The notes beneath the pieces were generated by a model. That model was not told the origin of the DNA. It did not search any database and saw nothing but the letters and a program-made list of their open reading frames with translations. A stretch of 64,000 bases of DNA, from the NCBI RefSeq assembly GCF_009914755.1, contig NC_060943.1; one strand, given 5' to 3'. Shown here in pieces: positions 54,426 through 64,000 of the stretch (the stretch's first letter is position 1; each line of letters opens with the position of its first letter). The DNA is from the human T2T-CHM13v2.0 reference genome, Homo sapiens. Position numbers and translations under genes: made by a program.

Positions 54426-55595
54426 CTGGAGGGAGAGGAGGAGGGGTGCCCCATGAGAATGCAGATGGGGGTCTAGGTGTCCCCTTGGCCACCTCTCAGC
54501 CACAGGGGCCTCCCCCTCCCCAGGGACTCACCATCCACGAGGGCCTGTTCATAGCCTCATGCCCACGCAAACCAGCTCCTCCTAGTCTCGGGTCCTGCCC
54601 TCCCTCTCACAGGATCCCAGCCTCAGCATTCCATCTTCGGGCCGTCCCCTCCTCGGAGAACCTAGGAAGTCCCCTGGCCGCTCTCTCGCCAGCACCATCC
54701 AGTCCTTGCGCAGTGTCCTTCCGGTGCAAGCTAAGCTTGCCTGCCCACCTCCTCACCCACCTAGGCCCCACCTGATGCAGAACCCAGGCCTCAGTACCTC
54801 TCATCCTCCGACCTCCTCGGCCACTCCCTGACCTCTGCCACTTAAGCTACCCATTGACTGTTAAGATGTCACAGCCACCGGGCCTCTGCACATCTGGCCA
54901 GAAAGGCACGAAGCCGCACCCCCGAGCGCACACTGCGGCCTCCCCCACACCTGCCTTGTCCTTCTACTGACTCTCCTTGCTTCTCCAGCCCTTGGGGACA
55001 GAGACCCCTCTGCATTCAGGGGTGCATCCAGTTTGAGGCAGCAGTGAGACACCCATTCTGCCGGCAGAAGCCTGGGTCAGGGTGGGCGCAGGTCCCAACT
55101 CTGGCCAGATGGGGCAGGTGGTGAGGTCTCTGAGGAAGGGACCCGGCTCATAAGGAGGCCCTGGACAAGATGACCTGCCTCTCTCTCCGTCTTGGGGCCG
55201 CCTGGTCTAAATGTGACCAGGTACCCCTGGAGCCCTCCAGAGCCCCACTCCAAGGGGACCAGGACAAAGCCAAAGATAAGGGAGGTGGGGTGTCAGGTGG
55301 AAGGTGTCGCCCCTCACTGGGCGCTCAAGTCAAGTCTCGGGGCTGACTGTGCCCTCCAGTTTGTGCACCCAAAGCCACCCTACAGGATGACCCCCAACTT
55401 CTGCACTGAATCCCACCCCTCCCACTGTCTGAGGGACACTGCTTATTGATATTTCTTCTATCTCTTATTTCTCCAACTCCTCCCTCTTTACCCGTCCCTC
55501 CCCAGCAGCATCTAAACACATTGGGCTGGGCATGATGGCTCACGCCTATAATCCCAGCACTTTGGGAGGACAAGGCGGGTGATCACCTGAGGTCA

Positions 55596-55931
<336 letters not shown>

Positions 55932-56920
55932 TCAGCCTGGTGCCTGCTTGCCACTCCCCGCACCCCCCTCCTTCCCCCAGGCAGCTGAGGACACCCTCAC
56001 TCAACTCAGCCCCCCGGGCCTGTCGCAGGTGCTTGCCTCCCTTGGCCTCCATGTGTTCGCCCCCTCAGTCCCTTTCTCCCCCTTTACCAACCCCTCTCCC
56101 GTTGGACCCTCACATGCTGGGGTGCGCGGCCTGTGTTCTGAGCCCTGTCCTCCGCTCTACGCAACCGCCGGGCAACATGAGCTACTCATTCCTGTGGCTG
56201 CGATTGTGCATGGTGTGATTCCTAAATCCATCATCTCCATTCTGGATTCCTGAGCTTTGGCCCTAACCACCAACTGCACGGCCCACTGTGTTTCCAAGGG
56301 GCCTGTGTTTCCTCTCACCCCCTACACCTATGTCCCCTCCTGTGCTCCCCGCACCATGGTTGGCACCACCATCTGCCCAGAAACCCAGGCCAGAAGTAGC
56401 ATGTGCCTCCCAGTGACGAGCCACATAGTGTCAAGGCGGCCTCCGAGACATCACTCCAATCAGTCTATGTCCCCGCTGTCACCACCATGGATCTGCTGTC
56501 ACCTGCGTCACCCCAGAACCGGTCTTCCTGCATCAGGTCCCATCCCTCTACCTCTTTTTGACATGGCAGTCATGGTATTGCCACTTATGGAGTGGTCCCT
56601 GGGCTACCCAGCGGTGACAGACGGTTATGGAACCAGAAAGGGAGCATTTCAAAACCTTTCTAGCAGCGTGATGGTTCACGGTCCACATTGTTACTGTGCT
56701 TTGCAGAAGTTTTGGTCCACACACAACAGGTTAGAAACTTAAAACACAACACCAGAAATGGTCCTTCACCACAGAGTTCGTGAAGCTCCATTCTACAACA
56801 GTTGAGGCCCAGGCTTTAAGGCGTGGGGTGCAGAACTGGCTGTACTGTGGCTAACCCAGCTTCACAACACAGACCTAAACCTTCCACGAGTCTCTCCCAC
56901 GCTTCCAGGATACACTCCTC

Positions 56921-56992
56921 ACTCCTCTCCAAGCCAGGTCCCCGACTCCTCCCCAAGCCAGGCCTCCAACTCCTCCCCAAGCCAGGCTCCCA
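56921..56992. repeat. 24-bp minisatellite, 3 copies
   Basis: ACTCCTC(T/C)CCAAGCCAGG.. at 56921, 56945, 56969. Confidence 0.9.
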
Positions 56993-57254
56993 ATTCTGCA
57001 CCCCCACCTCTGGCCACTCCAAGAACCCCTCCTACTCTGGGCTTCAGCCACCCTAAGCTCTGGGTTCCCCATTCCCTCCAAGGGCTCCTTCCTCTGCCCG
57101 GAACACTTTTCTCCCCTTGTTTTCACCTGGCCAACTCCAACACACCCTTTACATCTAGCCAAGATATCATCACCCACAGAAAGCACTTCTTGGCTGGGTA
57201 CGATGGCTCACGCCTGTAATCCCAGCACTTTGGGAAGCCAAGGTGGGCGGATCA

Positions 57255-57600
<346 letters not shown>

Positions 57601-57901
57601 TTAGCTCAGTCACCCAAGCCAAAGCACCGTCTGAGGTGTCTTCCTCCCCTGCTCATTACACCATCAGGTCGTCAATATGCAACTGGCGCCCAAGTTCATG
57701 GATTCTACCCCTTCACCCCACCTGCCCCCCATGCTCCCTCCCTCAGGCTCAACCTACTGACTTAATTCAGACCCCACCATCTCTCACCTAAACAACTGCC
57801 CTGTTTGCTCCCCTGCAGGCCTCACTGCTCCCCAGGCTGGTCCCTGTAGCTTGTCCTACACCACCGGCCACACAACCCAAGCCACCCTCTCCCTTGTTTA
57901 A

Positions 57902-58236
<335 letters not shown>

Positions 58237-58477
58237 TAGCAACGGTTTTAAACTTGGTGTGCTGGGGCTAAGGAAGGATCGCTCTAGAAACACATAAGCA
58301 CATACAATATTTTGCTTACGATTTCAGGCAGCTGATCTCTCTCCACCCCACCCCCGCATCTCAAACCTAAATAGGCATCAGAAAAACCCCTGGATTGAGT
58401 GAAAAAACCCAAACTTTTCCCCTGGCAGTTAACACTCCAGGTCAAACTCTTCCCTCATACAAGCACATTCTTTTATT

Positions 58478-59115
<638 letters not shown>

Positions 59116-59325
59116 TAAAGTGCTGGGATTACAGGCACAAGCCACTGGGCCTGGCCTCCTTTCAAGCTGCTTTTTTTTTTTAGATGGAGTCTCATTCTGT
59201 CACCCAGGCTGGAGCGCAATGGTGTGGTCTCGGCTCAATGCAACCTCCAGCTCCCAGGTTCAAGCGATTCTTCTGCCTCAGCCTCTCCAGTAGCTGGGAC
59301 TACAGGTGTGTGCCACCACACCTGA

Positions 59326-59767
<442 letters not shown>

Positions 59768-59795
59768 TGAGCCACTGCAACAGGCCTCCTTTCAA

Positions 59796-59968
59796 GCTGT
59801 TTAATCGAACACCAACTGTGTGTTATGTATTAAGGGACAATGACCTTGTACCTTAATACAAGACGAGCGTGTAGTCCCCTGAACTACACGCTCGCCGAAG
59901 CCAAACAGACCTTGTTTGGGTCATTGTACCTTAATACATAACACACAATTGGCGTTCGATCAAACAGC
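59796..59968. repeat. 50-bp inverted repeat enclosing three hairpins
   Basis: 59796-59845 pairs with 59919-59968 (46/50); internal stems 59846-59861, 59864-59894, 59902-59918. Confidence 0.95.
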
Positions 59969-60659
59969 GGACAACCACCTCTCAATGTCCATCTACCTGG
60001 CAAACTCCTAGTTATTCATTTAAACAATCTAGAGACGGGGTTGGGTACTGAACGTGACAGATGTGATACCTGCCCTGAGCAGCCGCACCACCTGGTGACT
60101 ATCCATTATTCAAAGGCCAGCTCTGCTTCCTAACTTTAAACTTCTTTAGAGCAGGACTGGAATCCTGTTGCCTAAATGAACGAACATTGATAAACACTTG
60201 CCAATAACTAAAACTCAGAGGGATAATTCTTTTTGATTTCTGCTGCAGGCATCTGAAATGCACAAAACCTTGCTGGACCCACAGGGAGACGGCAAAGGGG
60301 GCTGGACAGTGCCTGTCCCATGGACTCCCATCCGGCCTCTATCACTTCCTCCCTAGAAAACACTAAAACAATCACGCTACTCCTGCTAATCTCCGTCATC
60401 AGTCTGCAAAACAACAGCAAAATCCCTGATCCAGAGCCCAGGGGGGAGGATCGAAAACCTCGTTGTTCTCCATTACAGTGGCACCCAGCAGCCGCTCTGT
60501 GCAGGGCCGTGGGAACAGCGGAACAGGGATCGTGTGGACCGAGCTGCTCCACTTCAAAGAATAAACGACCCGAAAGAAAGAGGTTTGTGGCAGAGCCCGG
60601 ACTGGAATCCGAGAAAGGAAGCGCTCGATGGGACGGCCTGAGTGCCGGAGGGGACTCAC

Positions 60660-60833
60660 GCTGCTGCTGCTCCAGCGCCAGCTTGCACTTGTAGTAACTG
60701 TAGAATTCGCCTCCGAAAAGAAACGAGAATTTGGGGTTGTCCTTCTGCTTCTCCATAGTCATCTTCTCAAACTCGGGCCCATTGCGAGCCACGAACTGGG
60801 CGAGCTTGTCGATGACATTTCGAAGCTCCTGGT
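60660..60833 (-). CDS. CHERP: CHERP exon 2 (SURP domain)
   Basis: 174 nt; IDKLAQFVARNGPEFE...NPKFSFLF...YYK SURP signature. Confidence 0.96.
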
Positions 60834-61143
60834 CTGGAGGACGGAGAAAAGGCCACGCGGGGCGTCAGCGAGGACCGCCCAAAGCCGGGGGACTCGGCGC
60901 CCCAGCCCCCGTCCGCCTTGCCGGGGACCCCAAGGGGGTGGGCCCCGAAGAGGCCGCCCTTGTACGGGTCCCGATAGGGGCCACACGCTCGCCGGGAATG
61001 CGGGGACCCACGGGAGAGGCCGCAGGCGAAGCCGCGAGGCCGAGCCCCGCCCCCTCCCAGACCCGGGGACTCCGGGAGGCGGGGCCGGCCAATAGGAGGT
61101 TCCGGGGAGAGAGAAACGGTCTCTCGGCCGGTTTGGGTCTCAC

Positions 61144-61168
61144 CATCGGGGGGCAGCGGCATCTCCAT
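61144..61168 (-). CDS. CHERP: CHERP exon 1 coding part
   Basis: Strong Kozak GGAGCCATGG; MEMPLPPD; G|gtgaga. Confidence 0.95.
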
Positions 61169-62467
61169 GGCTCCGGCCGCGGGGAACGTCCTCCGGCGCC
61201 ACACGATCGACCACCAGCGCCGTCTGCGGAAGCCGGCCGGAAGTGGCGCGAGGGAGCCGTTTACGGCGGGCTTCTAGGGCCGCTTCCGCCCGCCACTTAC
61301 GGCCGTCGCTGGGAAACTCCGGAAGTGAGAGCGGGAGGCAGGCGGGAAGAAGCCGCGCGATGCCTGGCGCGCGGGAGGGGCTAGCGACGCGCACGCGCAG
61401 AAGTTTCCTGACACTTTCGCAGAGTGGGTCCCCGTCGCGCGGCGCCGCGGAAAGGCTGGAACGGCGCGGGTGGGTGTTAGTCGAGACCGGGGGGCGCGGG
61501 GCGTGCCCCTTGGTCGGCGTCGCAGCCCGATGGGCTGGCTGGTTGCTACCTCCGGGCGACCAGGGGCCTGGGGACTTCGTGCCTGGGCCAGGGTCTCTTT
61601 CCTTTCGCGGGCACAGTGAGGAGACTGCGAGGTGAGGTGCGTCCGGGTGGATCCCGGGCTGCGGCGACTGTCACATTCTCCCCGGCCAGACCGGAGGTGG
61701 AGCAGAACTGGGGGCGACGAGCTTGACTGGGATTGCAGCTGGACGTATTTAGGTTCAAAACATCCTCCTCCTGGCTTTCTTCCGCTCCACTCTTTGGTCA
61801 GGAAGACTGGGGCGGGGTACCCCCCAACCCATGCCCTCAAATTGCTGGCCTAGAGGGCACAGCGCCTTTCTAAAAGCTGCAGTTGGGTTGCCTCTAAAAT
61901 AATGAAGCTAACCCTTGCTAATTGTGGGGAAAAGATAGCCAGAAGCAGCAAATTTCTGCTGTGGACGTCCGATATAAACTGATCCTCTTGAGATGGTTAA
62001 TGCTTAGTTGGCTATACCTGCCCCCCGCCCCCGCCGCTTTTTTTTCCTTTATCCGTTTTTTTTTTTCTTTTTTCTTGAGACAAGGTCTTGCTCTGTGGCC
62101 CACGCTGGAGTGCAGTGTCATGATCATAGCTCACTAGCCCTGAACTCCTGTGCTCAAGTAATCCTCCCGCCTCGGCCTCCCAAAGTGCTAGGATTATAGG
62201 CATGAGCTACTTTACCCAGCCTGTTTTTTTCTGTGCAAATAAATGCACATGTATTTTAGATTAGTTTCATTTTTATTGTTAACAGCATTTTTCCACCAGA
62301 TGCTTATGGATTGACAACTCTACATCAAGTGTTGCTGTAGGCTAGGAATCAACAAAACTTTTTGTATAAAAGGGACAGAAAGCAAATATTTTAGACTCTG
62401 CAGGTCAGGAGGCAAGATCAAGGATTTTTTTTTTTCTAAATGTCCTCTAGTTCATATTTTCTCATGA

Positions 62468-62827
<360 letters not shown>

Positions 62828-62887
62828 TAAAATTTTTGTTGGTGAAAATCAAAATATGATAACTGAGTAGTTTCTTAAATACAAGTT

Positions 62888-63652
62888 GCTACAGTTTGAA
62901 TGTTTGTTCCTAATCCCCAGTGAAACAGTATTAAGAGGTGGAGCCTTTAAGAGGTGATTGGGTTATGAGGTCGTGCCATTCATGTGTTAATGGATAAATA
63001 GGTTATCATGGGAGTGGGACTGGTTTGGAGCTTGCAGTGAGCTGAGATTGCACCACTGCACTCCAGCCTGGGCGACAGAGTGAGACTCCATCTCAAAAAA
63101 AAAAAATAAATAAAATAAATAAAATAAAATAAAAAGAGGAAGAAAGGCCAGGCTCAGTGGCTCATGCCTGTAATTCCAGCACCTTGGGAGGCCAAGGCAC
63201 GCAGATCACCTGAGGTCAGGAGTTCGAGACCAGCCTGGCCAACATGGAGAAATCCCATCTCTACTAAAAATACAAAAATTAGCCGGGCATGGTGGCGGAT
63301 GCCTGTAATCCCATCTACTTGGGAGGCTGAGGCACGAGAATCACTTGGACCCAGAAGGCAAAGGTTGAGGTGGAGGTTACAGTGAGCCAAAGTCGTGCCA
63401 CTGCACTCCAGCCTGGGCAACAGAGCAGGACTCCGTTTCAAAAAAAAAAGGAAGAGAGACCTGAGCTTGCACACAGCCTGCTAGCCATGTGATGCCCTGT
63501 GCTACCTCAAGACTCTGCAGAGTCCCCACCAGCAAGAAGGCCCTTGATTTTGGATATCTCAGCCTCCAGAACTGTAAGAAATAAATTTCTCTTCTTTAAA
63601 AATTGCCCAGTCTCAGGTGTTCTTTTATAGCGATGCAAAATGGACTAAGACC
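62888..63652 (+). mobile_element. MST-type ERVL-MaLR LTR split by Alu insertions
   Basis: TGCTACAGTTTGAATG...GGTGGAGCCTTTAAGAGGTGATT and AGAGTCCCCACCAGCAAGAAGG...GCAAAATGGACTAAGAC. Confidence 0.75.
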
Positions 63653-64000
63653 CAAGTCTATTCATAAGAGTGGAATTCTTTTGGGGGATAACATTTCACT
63701 TAATTGGGGCTCCCAGTTGTATTTCCTGTCGTCAATTGATGGTACATGTTCACCTTTGAAAAACCTTCCTGGCTCACAAAAACAGGCGGCCAGTTGGATG
63801 TGGTTTATAGATACGGTCATGCACAACTCAGATCTCAGCTCTGCTCTCAGGGGACTCAGTCTATGGCGGGGAAGAGTCCCAAAATCAGTAAACAAATATA
63901 TCATCTCAAAGGTGTTATTAAGAAGAGGATGCTGAGACTATGATACAAGGGAGGGTGAGGCCCAGGCTGATAGGGTTGTCAGGAAAGGCTCTCGAGGTGA

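Larger units (their letters stand above)
60500..61760 (-). promoter_or_regulatory. CHERP CpG island / housekeeping promoter
   Basis: Very CpG-rich; ETS CCGGAAGT at 61237-61244 and 61319-61326; NRF1 consensus CGCGCACGCGCA at 61388-61399. Confidence 0.9.

Noticed and set aside
56921-56992. Short repeats as CRISPR-like arrays (also 9007, 44515, and the 59155-59797 spacers)
   Set aside because: Eukaryotic context; contiguous tandem units or Alu-separated, with no unique spacers or cas genes
59846-59918. tRNA gene or classical pre-miRNA interpretation of the cloverleaf
   Set aside because: No A/B boxes or TTC T-loop, wrong arm lengths; the stem is capped by a multibranch loop rather than a simple pre-miRNA loop

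Overview
Human (primate) genomic DNA, very Alu-rich, recognisable as the chr19p13 CALR3 / C19orf44 / CHERP cluster. I reconstructed exons by hand from splice sites and reading phase. CALR3 (minus strand) has coding exons 1-7 at 14915..1262, and its last exons lie off the left edge. C19orf44 (plus strand) has 7 coding exons at 19582..36090, 1974 nt = 657 aa. CHERP (minus strand) is complete, with 17 exons at 61168..37948, 2751 nt = 916 aa. CALR3 and C19orf44 share a ~250-bp bidirectional CpG promoter. C19orf44 and CHERP have convergent, probably interleaved 3' ends. Most ORFs in the supplied track are Alu translations or antisense shadows. The most unusual unexplained structure is a 173-bp element in CHERP intron 2 (59796-59968): a 50-bp inverted repeat enclosing three further hairpins, with most mismatches becoming G-U pairs only on the CHERP-sense strand. 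Other notable items are a degenerate tandem ~85-bp ZNF143+CCAAT promoter module, a perfect RFX X-box, a C19orf44 acceptor with no polypyrimidine tract, a candidate intronic poly(A) site that would delete the CHERP G-patch, a Trp-periodic octapeptide repeat in CHERP, and several template-switch-like rearrangements. Gene identities and repeat family names come from recognition, not database searches.
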